Positions 47,155 to 56,337 of a stretch of DNA of 64,000 bases are shown here, piece after piece. The stretch is from the NCBI GenBank assembly GCA_902386555.1, contig CABMJJ010000009.1:245525-309524 (forward strand), written 5' to 3'. The notes beneath the pieces were generated by a model. That model was not told the DNA's origin. It did not search any database and saw nothing but the letters and a program-made list of their open reading frames with translations. Source of the DNA: Candidatus Bilamarchaeum dharawalense (GTDB taxonomy: Archaea; Micrarchaeota; Micrarchaeia; Anstonellales; Bilamarchaeaceae). Numbering within the stretch: position 1 is the first letter of the stretch; each line of letters begins with the position of its first letter. The position numbers and the translations under genes are program-made.

Positions 47155-47871
47155 TCAACGCATTACTCTGAGTATATCATTCAAAACAGGGAGAAGTTTT
47201 TTCTCTGCTTTTCTTAAAAGTTCAGCACAAGTTGATGGACTAATCCCAAGCTTTTGCGATAATTCTTCAATGCTTATCTTTTTTGGTTCCTCGTAATAGC
47301 CATACCTGCAGGCAAGATCAAAAACTTCCATTTGCCTATCAGTTAGAAGTTCGCTGGCAAATTTTAATTTGCTAAAACCCGAGGTACGGAAACTATCTAA
47401 AGAAACTGCCTGGGATGGTTCTAAATATCGCTTTGACTTGATTTTAAGATCATAACCGTGTTCCTTAACCAGTTCCATGAAATCTTTCAAATTTTTGAAA
47501 TTTGGGGCAAGCATGGTAACATAGTCTACTCCCGCCTCGGTATAGGTCGGCTCAATCCACATTGTTTTTGTCTTGGCTAAGGCAGGTGCAGTGGCAAGAT
47601 CTTTACTTTGTCTTATGGAGAGTTGGGATTTGTGAGGACCGATTAGGATTATCGATACTTCTTTGACCTTTGTTTGCCTTTTCCATAGATCAACCACTGT
47701 CCTAAGATGAGAAGTGTCCACTTCGAAAAGGTTGGTAATTGTTTTTTCGTCCTGACCAATAGTTGCCAACCACTTAATTTTTACATCCTTAAGCTTGTCA
47801 GTTACTGCAATAGAAGTACAGTCATGGATTTGTTCCAGTTCAACAATAAGTGGCTGCGTCTTCTCGCTCAT
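47155..47871 (-). CDS. Bat/HTH_10-type transcriptional regulator
   Basis: LTDRQMEVFDLACRYGYYEEPKKISIEELSQKLGISPSTCAELLRKAEKKL. Confidence 0.9.
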   Translation of the reverse strand: MSEKTQPLIVELEQIHDCTSIAVTDKLKDVKIKWLATIGQDEKTITNLFEVDTSHLRTVVDLWKRQTKVKEVSIILIGPHKSQLSIRQSKDLATAPALAKTKTMWIEPTYTEAGVDYVTMLAPNFKNLKDFMELVKEHGYDLKIKSKRYLEPSQAVSLDSFRTSGFSKLKFASELLTDRQMEVFDLACRYGYYEEPKKISIEELSQKLGISPSTCAELLRKAEKKLLPVLNDILRVMR

Positions 47872-47902
47872 AAAATAGATTCGCAGGATCGATTTTTATA
47901 GA

Positions 47903-49039
47903 TTAGCTGGCTGCCCGGAAAGCGGGTCGCTTTATAGGAAGTATAGTCTCGCCAGAATTTCGATGTGGTTTAATCCTTCTGCAATCTTCAGCAAATGCTT
48001 CTCGTGCTCTCTTGCAAACATTGTCACAAATCCAGCCAGGTTCTTTTTCTCTTCCAGAATTAAGCCAGGCTTTTTCTTCGCGGACCATGTGTTCAAGCAT
48101 AAGACGGAGGTTGGATACAATTTCACCAAAGCTATGGCCATATACATTTCCTTCAAAAAAATCAGGATTGGTAAAAGTCGTAGAGCCACAAAAAGTTAGA
48201 TTACCCGTAGGTGTTAAACGAAGCTTAACACGGGATAAATCAGACAGGCCTTTTTCAGATTTTTTAAATGCTTGATAGACTTCGGGTTTTACAAGAGTAT
48301 GATCAGATAAAAAGCTTGGAAGATCACAAGCTCGGCCAGTTGGTCTGAGTGATTTATTAACAATTTCAACATCAAGAAACGGTTTTGTAAGAATCCTTGG
48401 ACTACCATCAGGATTGTGACGTCTTCCCTCTTCAAAAACAGCAAAATGGTCTCTGATCCAGAGCCAGAGGGGAGTTTGAAAAAGTTCTGGTTGAGTAAGA
48501 TGAAGGAAGTCGGCACGAAGTAGCGGATCCGAAGGTAGATGCTCTTCAGGAAAGCAAAGTAGTTTTAGAGCTAATTTATCAGGAAGCATACCTCCAAATG
48601 TAAGCAGGGCTTGTCTGATTCTATCATCATGACCAATACAGCCATAGGGATGGTGAGTAACCTCAAGATGGACCTGTCGCCCCATTAGTCTAATTTCTTC
48701 TACTGCATCTGCAAATCTTTCAAAATCCAGATGGGGATTCAGACCGCCACTAAGAAGATTTATACGGCCTACAAATTGAGCAAGCGCAAGCATGAATCCA
48801 GGTAAATCGCTGTGATAGGTAGGATCTCCACCACCCAACAAATTCAGAACTTTCCTTCTATTTAACGGATTTGATTGGGTATGGGGAACAAACAAACCAG
48901 ATTGGAATAGCTGGACAACATCTTCAGTTGGTAATTCTTCACCCTTATGTTTGCTGTTCTCTGCACAATGACGACAACCATTACAACAGCTAGAAGTTGG
49001 ATCAATCTGATGGATGGTAAGGGATTTTGGTTCGTCCAT
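47903..49039 (-). CDS. radical SAM protein
   Basis: CCNGCRHC (CxxxCxxC), LGGGDPT, distal Cys residues TFC and CDNVC. Confidence 0.75.
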   Translation of the reverse strand: MDEPKSLTIHQIDPTSSCCNGCRHCAENSKHKGEELPTEDVVQLFQSGLFVPHTQSNPLNRRKVLNLLGGGDPTYHSDLPGFMLALAQFVGRINLLSGGLNPHLDFERFADAVEEIRLMGRQVHLEVTHHPYGCIGHDDRIRQALLTFGGMLPDKLALKLLCFPEEHLPSDPLLRADFLHLTQPELFQTPLWLWIRDHFAVFEEGRRHNPDGSPRILTKPFLDVEIVNKSLRPTGRACDLPSFLSDHTLVKPEVYQAFKKSEKGLSDLSRVKLRLTPTGNLTFCGSTTFTNPDFFEGNVYGHSFGEIVSNLRLMLEHMVREEKAWLNSGREKEPGWICDNVCKRAREAFAEDCRRIKPHRNSGETILPIKRPAFRAAS

Positions 49040-49114
49040 TTTATTTATTGTGTGTGGAAAAGTATATAAATATGATCTTATATCAGAGAGAAAAAGAAAT
49101 TTAAACTTTGAGCA

Positions 49115-49203
49115 CTATTTAACATTTGTTAAATAGCAGCTTTTTTCTAAAAAAGCTGCGCAAATGGTTTGTTGAAAATTTCGCTTGCGAAATTTTGGCA
49201 AAC
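49115..49203. repeat. three tandem inverted repeats in the ino1 promoter/leader
   Basis: CTATTTAACA-TT-TGTTAAATAG; GCAGCTTTTTT-CT-AAAAAAGCTGC; GTTTGTTGAAAATTTCGC-TT-GCGAAATTTTGGCAAAC. Confidence 0.85.
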
Positions 49204-49220
49204 TTCGGAAAGTGATTTTT

Positions 49221-50321
49221 ATGGGGAAAATTAGATGTGCTGTTGTTGGAGTGGGAAACTGTTTTGCTGGTTTGGTCCAGGGAATTGAATATTACAAGAG
49301 ACACCCGAACGAGGAGGTAACCGGTGTGATGTATGAAAAAATAGGCGGCTATACTGTTCATGATATCGAATTTGTTGCTTCATTTGATGTCGCTGAGAAT
49401 AAGGTTGGAAAAACTCTCGCAAAGGCAGTTTATGAATATCCAAACAAGGTGAGATGGACTGATTCGGTTAGTTGCTGTTCTGGTACGGTGAAAGAAAGTC
49501 CGATTCTGGATGGGGTAGGAATCTATGTCGAAAACATGATAAAGCCAATAAAACAAACGAAGACGGTAGAACAGTTGAAAAAAGAGGCTATAGAAGAAAT
49601 AAAAAAATCAGGAGCCCGGATTATCCTGAATCATCTGCCGGTCGGCTCGCAGAAGGCAACGGAATTTTGGGCAGATATTGCGCTTGAAACTGGATGTGGA
49701 ATGGTAAATGCCATGCCTGTCTTCATTGCAAGCGACGTGAAATGGGCACAGAGATTTACGAAGAAAAACTTGCCCATTGTCGGGGACGATTATAAGGGAA
49801 TGATTGGTGCCACCATAGTCCATAGAACCCTAGCAAAATTATGCGATTCTCGAGGTACAAAAATAGACAAAACATACCAGATTAACGTTGGTGGAAATAC
49901 AGATTTCATAAATATGCTTGAAAGAGACCGATTACAAAGTAAAAAGATCAGTAAAACCGAATCTGTTCAGTCACAGCTTTCAAAAAGGCTGCCCGATGAC
50001 CAGATTTATGTAGGTCCTTCGGATTTCATACCTTTCTTGGGAAATACCAAACTTATGTTCATGCGCATAGAGGGTAGGATGTGGGCTAACATACCCTATA
50101 ATATGGAGGTTAGACTCGAAGTAGATGACAAAGCTAATTCCAGCGGGGTTTCTGCTGACGCACTAAGATATGCACAATTTGCATTGGATAAAAAAGTAGG
50201 CGGACCGTTAGTAGGGCCAAGCGCCTGGCTTATGAAGCACCCACTGAAACAGTTTAGTGATTCAAAAGCAAAGGAATTAGCGGAAAAATTTGCCGCGACT
50301 GGGATTAACGCAGAAGACTAG
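49221..50321 (+). CDS. ino1: myo-inositol-1-phosphate (inositol-3-phosphate) synthase
   Basis: VGVGNCFAGLVQG, LPVGSQKA, PIVGDD, GATIVHR, YQINVGGNTDFINM, SKKISKT, VGPSD. Confidence 0.95.
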   Translation: MGKIRCAVVGVGNCFAGLVQGIEYYKRHPNEEVTGVMYEKIGGYTVHDIEFVASFDVAENKVGKTLAKAVYEYPNKVRWTDSVSCCSGTVKESPILDGVGIYVENMIKPIKQTKTVEQLKKEAIEEIKKSGARIILNHLPVGSQKATEFWADIALETGCGMVNAMPVFIASDVKWAQRFTKKNLPIVGDDYKGMIGATIVHRTLAKLCDSRGTKIDKTYQINVGGNTDFINMLERDRLQSKKISKTESVQSQLSKRLPDDQIYVGPSDFIPFLGNTKLMFMRIEGRMWANIPYNMEVRLEVDDKANSSGVSADALRYAQFALDKKVGGPLVGPSAWLMKHPLKQFSDSKAKELAEKFAATGINAED

Positions 50322-51306
50322 TAGGGTTATGGCAATTTTTGTTAAGTATCTTAGAAGCTATAAGTAACATAGTCAACGGAATGCGCGATTCCCCACGACG
50401 CATATGCTCGAATTGACGTAACGTGTACTTTACTGGGGAATTTTGATTAAGTCGTAACACGGCTCGATTATCTGTACCAAATTTATTTTTTAGAGACGTA
50501 AGGAGGTGTGAACCATAGTTAACACGTCGAACCTGATTAATTCGATTAACTGCTAGATTAAGACGAAAATTTTTCTTTCGGCTCAAAAATCCTACGTATT
50601 TGTAAAAATTTAGAACCGAATTGTTGTTTGTAACAAAAAGCAATAACGTAAACTTATCGGTTTTATGATGTCTTATGTGTAGCTTGCCTGCTTTCACACC
50701 GAAGTGAAGCAACAGGTTTTTGATTTGTAACATGAACATTACGCCATTGTGAATGTGATCCTTGCGTTTATTCATGCAATAGTTTAGCTCTATCGCACTC
50801 GGACGCCTAGAACGTAGTGAGACACATCCATCAAAATTAAACAAAATCCTGAGAAACGCAGCTCGGATTTCAGGAGAACCGGAAACTATCCATTCGGGTA
50901 TATAGTATTCAGTTTTTGTTTTATCACCACTAGGTACGCCAAGAAGGACAAACGATTTTGCTAACATAGAAGACTGGATTAGTGCCTTGTAAGAATGTCT
51001 CTTAGAAAAACCAGTTTTTGATAAATACCGAACCACCTTACCTCGTATGCCAAAAAGACTATAGACTTTATCCAAAAACCACTCACATTCGCTCCTGGAA
51101 TTTGAATAAAGGAGTAGTTTACTTAGTTTTGGAGCTCCATCTCTCCAAGAAAAATCGATATGGCCATCAGTTATCAAAGCCGCAATAACTTCTGCTAGCT
51201 CTTTAGATGGAAAAATAGGGAACCAATTCTTGCAAGCAGCTAACTGTTTAGGTTTATTATTGTATGCAGACGCAATCTGTTCGAATTTAAGTAACTCACC
51301 CCCCAT
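50305..51306 (-). mobile_element. free-standing two-motif LAGLIDADG (DOD-type) homing endonuclease gene
   Basis: LAEVIAALITDGHI and IRAAFLRILFNFDGCV, IPEWI, FYKYVGFL; no intein splicing ends; overlaps the ino1 stop. Confidence 0.8.
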
Positions 51307-51337
51307 AACAAAAAATCAATTTTGTTATTTATAAACA

Positions 51338-51406
51338 AAAGCAGACCTCATTTCCGCAGACGATGAAGCACAACGACTAGCATTGGAAGTCGTTAGGGGA
51401 AAATGA
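51338..51406 (+). pseudogene. probable displaced 3' end of ino1
   Basis: Reads KADLISADDEAQRLALEVVRGK-stop, aligning with the current Ino1 end SDSKAKELAEKFAATG. Confidence 0.45.
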
Positions 51407-51440
51407 TCTGATTTAAATAACAATTTTACTCATACCAAAC

Positions 51441-53171
51441 ATGCTTCTTTTTTCAAATGTGGCGTTTTTCTTTAAAGAAATAGAAAAGCGCAGCGGCAGG
51501 CTTGAGATGACCGACCAGCTTGCTAATTTGTTCAAACAAACAGATGTCAACGAAATCGACAAGCTAGTCTATATCATTCAGGGCATTCTTGCCCCGCCCT
51601 ATGAAGGCATTGACCTCGGCATGGGAGAAAGATTTGCACTTGCTGCCATAGCCGCAAGCTCAGGCTATCCATCAAATGAAGTAGAAAAAAATTATAAAAA
51701 AAGCGGAGATTTGGGTGACACGGCTGAAGAGCTTCTTGGAAAGAAAAAACAAACTGCGCTTTCCACAACCGAGATGGAAATCAGTTATTTGTTTGATGCG
51801 TTAATGAAAATAGCAAAGTCTTCTGGACCAGGAAGTCAGGATCAAAAAATAAAAATACTCACCGAGCTTTTGAATAATTCCAGTGGATTGGAATCGCGAT
51901 ATGTTATTCGCTATGTCACTGGAAGTCTTAGACTGGGTGTAGGGGATCCAACTATTCTGGATGCTCTATCAGTTGCTCATGTGGGAGATAAGTCACTTCG
52001 CGAGCCATTGGAACGTGCCTATAACACCTGTTCGGATTTGGGATACGTTGCTAAAGTTTTCTATACCAATCCAAAAAAAATTGAAAGTTTTGTTGTAACT
52101 CCGTTCAAACCACTTATGCCTGCTTTGGCAGAAAGAGAAAATGCTCCTGAAGCCATAATAGAAAGACTGGGAAAATGCGGAATTGAAATGAAATACGATG
52201 GTTTTAGACTCCAGTGTCATAGGAAAGGAGATAGGGTTGAGCTTTATTCAAGAAAACTGGAAAAGATGACTAACATGTTTCCAGATGTGGTAGAAGCCAT
52301 TAGAGAACTTAAGGTGGCTGAGATAATTTTCGAGGGAGAGGCCCTTGCATTTGATAGTAAAAAAGGAAGATATTTCCCATTCCAGCAGACCATGCATAGA
52401 AGAAGAAAACACGGAATTGAGGATGCGTCTAAAGAATTTCCGCTTAATGTTTTCGTTTTTGATGTTCTTTATATTGATGGCAGGGATATGACTGAACAGC
52501 CCTATGAAAAAAGAAGAGACATAATTGAGAAAACATTCAAAAATAAAATTCTCCAACCAAGCCAGATGACCTTAGTAAGTAAGACCAATGAACTTGAAAA
52601 AATATTCCAAAATTCCATTTCCCAGGGACTGGAAGGAATAATGGCTAAGGATTTAACTGCACCCTATACCGCAGGCAAGAGAAAATTTGCCTGGATCAAA
52701 CTGAAAAAATCCTATGGAAAATCAGTGGATACCATTGACGCGGTAGTGGTTGGCTACTATCTCGGTCAAGGAGCAAGAGCAGAATTTGAATTTGGCGGAC
52801 TTTTGGTCGCGGTTTATAATCCAGATCGCGGAAAGTTTGAAACTGTAGCCAGGATTGGGTCTGGATTTAGCGAAGATGAAATGAGAAATTTGCAGGAAAT
52901 TCTAAATGATATAAAAACCAAGAAACCGCCAGTTAAGCTGGACTTTAGTGTTGAAAAACCAGATTTCTGGGTGACTCCCAAATATGTTGTGGAAGTTGCC
53001 TTTGATGATATCACCCAATCATCCATGCACACCTGTGGGGCTAAAGATGGAAAGGGGTATGCACTACGATTCCCAAGGCTAGTTAAATTAAGAGAGGACA
53101 AGGGAGTAGAAGAAATTACTACGACTGAAGAAGTTGTGAGGATGTATGAATTACAGCATTCACGAAAATAG
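51441..53171 (+). CDS. lig: ATP-dependent DNA ligase
   Basis: KYDGFRLQCH, FEGEA, FDVLY, EGIMAK, WIKLK, ALRFPR. Confidence 0.96.
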   Translation: MLLFSNVAFFFKEIEKRSGRLEMTDQLANLFKQTDVNEIDKLVYIIQGILAPPYEGIDLGMGERFALAAIAASSGYPSNEVEKNYKKSGDLGDTAEELLGKKKQTALSTTEMEISYLFDALMKIAKSSGPGSQDQKIKILTELLNNSSGLESRYVIRYVTGSLRLGVGDPTILDALSVAHVGDKSLREPLERAYNTCSDLGYVAKVFYTNPKKIESFVVTPFKPLMPALAERENAPEAIIERLGKCGIEMKYDGFRLQCHRKGDRVELYSRKLEKMTNMFPDVVEAIRELKVAEIIFEGEALAFDSKKGRYFPFQQTMHRRRKHGIEDASKEFPLNVFVFDVLYIDGRDMTEQPYEKRRDIIEKTFKNKILQPSQMTLVSKTNELEKIFQNSISQGLEGIMAKDLTAPYTAGKRKFAWIKLKKSYGKSVDTIDAVVVGYYLGQGARAEFEFGGLLVAVYNPDRGKFETVARIGSGFSEDEMRNLQEILNDIKTKKPPVKLDFSVEKPDFWVTPKYVVEVAFDDITQSSMHTCGAKDGKGYALRFPRLVKLREDKGVEEITTTEEVVRMYELQHSRK

Positions 53172-53216
53172 TGCCTCCAAACACAAATTTTTAATCCTCA
53201 CATGATTATGCCTATC

Positions 53217-54677
53217 ATGAAAGTCGAATTAAAAAAAGGGCATTTATCGGATTTCAAGGGTGGACTTCTTTGTGTTTTTCTCATGCAAAATGATGATCCA
53301 CCCTGGGATGTTAAACCATTTTTGAAGGATGTGCCAGAGGAAAGATTCGAAGGGAAGCTTCTCCAAACCTATTCTACAGACACCATGGGCCAGGCAAAAT
53401 TTGCAAAACTGCTTGTAGTTGGACTTGGTAAAAAAGAAGAATACAAAATTGATTTTCTAAGAAGGGTAGCTGGAACTGCGGTTAGATATGCTGCAGGCAT
53501 AAAAGAAAAAGAATTGACAATCTATGTGCCAAGTAAATTTGTTGGGAAACCAGAACTAAACAAAATGGCCCAGGCTGTGGTAGAAGGGGCAATACTTGCA
53601 CAATACAAATTCACTCAATATAAAACCAAAAAAGATGACCTCTTTGTTGTTGAAAAACTCCATATCCTAAGCAAGGAAGAGATTGGCGAAGGCGTAAAAC
53701 GCGGGATTATCTATGCCGAAGCCCAGAATTATGCAAGAGAGTTGGATGAACAACCAGCAAACGTTGCAAGTCCAAAATGGGTGGTGGAGGAAGCAAGAAA
53801 ACTAGCCAAGAAATATGGTCTGCATATCACTGTTTATGACAAAAATGAAATGAAGAAAAAAGGGATGAATGCAATTCTTGCGGTTGCCCAGGGCAGTGCC
53901 CAGGACCCACATCTTGTGAGAGTAGAATACAACAAAGGAAAACATCCGACCTACTGTGTAATTGGTAAGGGCGTGGTATTTGACAGCGGCGGCATCAACA
54001 TCAAGCCATCGCCAGGAATGCACGAAATGAAATATGACAAAACCGGAGCCATGAATGTTCTCGGAGTGATGAAGGCAGTAGCAGAACTAAAACTTCCAAT
54101 TCACGTTGTTGGGTTTATGCCAATGGTTGAAAATATGCCATCCGGCAGCGCTCAGAGACCAGGGGATATCGTAAAGGCGTATAATGGAAAGACCATTGAG
54201 GTGCTCAATACAGACGCAGAAGGAAGGCTTATTTTAGCTGACACACTTACTTTTGCCACTGAAGAAAAACCAGCTTATATGATCGATATGGCAACGCTTA
54301 CTGGAGCAATGGTAGTTGCACTTGGAAGGCATGCCATAGGGGTTTTCTCCAATGATGACACTCTTGCAAAGACAATCGAGGATGCAGGAACCGATGCTCA
54401 CGAACGGGTGTGGAGGATGCCTGTTTGGCCTGAGTATACTGAGATGATGAAATCGGATTTTGCAGATATAAAAAATATTTCAGATACTGGTGAAGCCGGA
54501 TCCATTACCGCAGCTGCCTTTTTGCAGGAATTTGTAGGGGAAACAAAATGGGCACATTTGGATATAGCTGCTGTAGATATGGTCAAAACCCCCCACCCCT
54601 ATCTTGACAAGGGAGCAACTGGGATTGGTGTGAGATTGGTTACAGAAACGCTGGTTAAATTAGCAAAGAAAAAATGA
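53217..54677 (+). CDS. pepA: leucyl aminopeptidase (M17)
   Basis: GKGVVFDSGG, MKYDKTGA, NTDAEGRL, DMATLTGA, WAHLDIA; the start could be 53202. Confidence 0.95.
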   Translation: MKVELKKGHLSDFKGGLLCVFLMQNDDPPWDVKPFLKDVPEERFEGKLLQTYSTDTMGQAKFAKLLVVGLGKKEEYKIDFLRRVAGTAVRYAAGIKEKELTIYVPSKFVGKPELNKMAQAVVEGAILAQYKFTQYKTKKDDLFVVEKLHILSKEEIGEGVKRGIIYAEAQNYARELDEQPANVASPKWVVEEARKLAKKYGLHITVYDKNEMKKKGMNAILAVAQGSAQDPHLVRVEYNKGKHPTYCVIGKGVVFDSGGINIKPSPGMHEMKYDKTGAMNVLGVMKAVAELKLPIHVVGFMPMVENMPSGSAQRPGDIVKAYNGKTIEVLNTDAEGRLILADTLTFATEEKPAYMIDMATLTGAMVVALGRHAIGVFSNDDTLAKTIEDAGTDAHERVWRMPVWPEYTEMMKSDFADIKNISDTGEAGSITAAAFLQEFVGETKWAHLDIAAVDMVKTPHPYLDKGATGIGVRLVTETLVKLAKKK

Positions 54678-55616
54678 TTAATGGTAGTCCTGGTTGCTTC
54701 TCCTAGGCATTTTAGTGTAGAATACCAAGTTTGCAACTCCGGATATGTACAGGAAATCAGAGATTACTGCAGCTGACTCCATACCAAGATTAGCCAATAC
54801 AACGTTAGCAAGTGTAGCTGTAGTGCCTATGCCTGATATTCTGTGCAAGTTTTGGTTGTTCTTGTGGAAAATCGTCAATGCACTTTCAAGTAAGAGTGGA
54901 ACTGCTACGAGAACTGAATCCGTAAGAGTAAATAGCAATCCTGCCGCAGTTAGCTTCAATCCGGTTGCAACCAGCCTTCCGATTTTCTCCCCATGAACTT
55001 TTGGGAATGTTTTTTCATCGTATTTTATATCCCTTAGATCGCCGACGAGATTTCTTGATGCCGTCACAAGACCGATCACAAGACCTATTGCAAGGTGCTT
55101 GGGGGTTAATGAAGTGGAATAGAACAGCTGTGAAAAGAAATAGCAGGCGCTCTGCCCGATTCCTCTTACCAAAAAACTTGCTTGGCTTAGAAAATCACTT
55201 GATCCTTCTTTTTTTGAGTATAAAACGCTAGTTAGGTAATGGATTCCGGTCATAACCAGAGTTGCTGGATTTATTATGGCACCAACCATACCCACAACCG
55301 CAAAAGTAACATCTGCCACTTTCCTGCTTATGCTCGGACGGTTATCGTGTTTGTGTTCGGATTCCAAAGTCCAATTCAACGCAGCCCACAAACCAAACAG
55401 TGAGAGTAGGTTTAATACGTCGGTAGGGGTTGGGTTCAGTGACGCTGACACTGTAGTTTTTGAGACAACCGTGGTCAGCGGGTAATCGCCAAAAGTAGAG
55501 TATGGTCTTGTCATTAGGAAGTAATTTTCTGCTTTCCCTTTTGCGTTTTTCCAGAAGCCAGTCGGGGGCGATGAGTCGAAATTGCCCTTGGGGGGGTGTA
55601 ATTGTTTCATGGTCAA
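54678..55616 (-). CDS. UbiA-family prenyltransferase-like membrane protein (divergent)
   Basis: MTRPYS, RNLVGDLRDIKYD...TFP..HG motif, several TMs; first Asp-rich motif degenerate. Confidence 0.6.
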   Translation of the reverse strand: MTMKQLHPPKGNFDSSPPTGFWKNAKGKAENYFLMTRPYSTFGDYPLTTVVSKTTVSASLNPTPTDVLNLLSLFGLWAALNWTLESEHKHDNRPSISRKVADVTFAVVGMVGAIINPATLVMTGIHYLTSVLYSKKEGSSDFLSQASFLVRGIGQSACYFFSQLFYSTSLTPKHLAIGLVIGLVTASRNLVGDLRDIKYDEKTFPKVHGEKIGRLVATGLKLTAAGLLFTLTDSVLVAVPLLLESALTIFHKNNQNLHRISGIGTTATLANVVLANLGMESAAVISDFLYISGVANLVFYTKMPRRSNQDYH

Positions 55617-56242
55617 CCCCCGGTGATGACTTTTCCCATCTTATCTATACTGTGGAGCAGGTGTATCTTCATTGGTATCTCCCCAGCATCTACTATGGGA
55701 AAAATACCGCAGGTTGGAGGCGATGCGATCGATTCCCGCATAACATCTGCTGCTTCGGCAGAGGCGAACAACAATGAGATATTCCGCAATAGCATCCAAT
55801 CTTCTTTATGGTACTCCGCTGCTTCCCTAGTCGGTAGATGAAGAAGGGTCAATTTCCCTAGTCCTGCTGCCAAACCAATTTCCCAACTGGTATCCTTTCC
55901 AAATCCGCCAACAGCAAATACAATATCGGCTATCCGTATTGCCAATTCATCAACTATTGCCATTTCCCAGCCAATACTATTGCCTTTTAACACGCCGAAC
56001 GGATTGTCTCGTTGTGGAAGAAACACTGCAAATCCAGATTCCTCAAGTAGGTCTACGATTCTGGAATTGTTTTTTCGCATTTCCTCGTCTTTGTCATTGG
56101 TATAACCGTAAATGTGAGCTGCCAGGTAGATTAATGGTTTTTTACCGTCTTTTTCCCATTTATCCTTCCATGCAGCAAATTTGTTTTTTGCCTCTTGACC
56201 TAAAAGGTTTTCCGGGTTTTTGTATCTTAGTGTGGTTGTCAT
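55613..56242 (-). CDS. nucleoside 2-deoxyribosyltransferase / N-glycosidase family protein
   Basis: IYLAA, VFLPQRD, DELAIRIADIVFA, DTSWEIGLAAGLGK. Confidence 0.75.
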   Translation of the reverse strand: MTTTLRYKNPENLLGQEAKNKFAAWKDKWEKDGKKPLIYLAAHIYGYTNDKDEEMRKNNSRIVDLLEESGFAVFLPQRDNPFGVLKGNSIGWEMAIVDELAIRIADIVFAVGGFGKDTSWEIGLAAGLGKLTLLHLPTREAAEYHKEDWMLLRNISLLFASAEAADVMRESIASPPTCGIFPIVDAGEIPMKIHLLHSIDKMGKVITGG

Positions 56243-56337
56243 AGTTGTTTTGTGGTTTTACTTATATATTAAATATAACAGACAAAAATTGCACAAAAAA
56301 GGATTTTTTTATAAATATTTAGGATTATGAGTAATTT

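Noticed and set aside
50305-51306. LAGLIDADG as part of an intein or group I intron
   Set aside because: Antisense to ino1, has its own TATA and ATG, no Cys/Ser start or HN end, and ino1 is uninterrupted.
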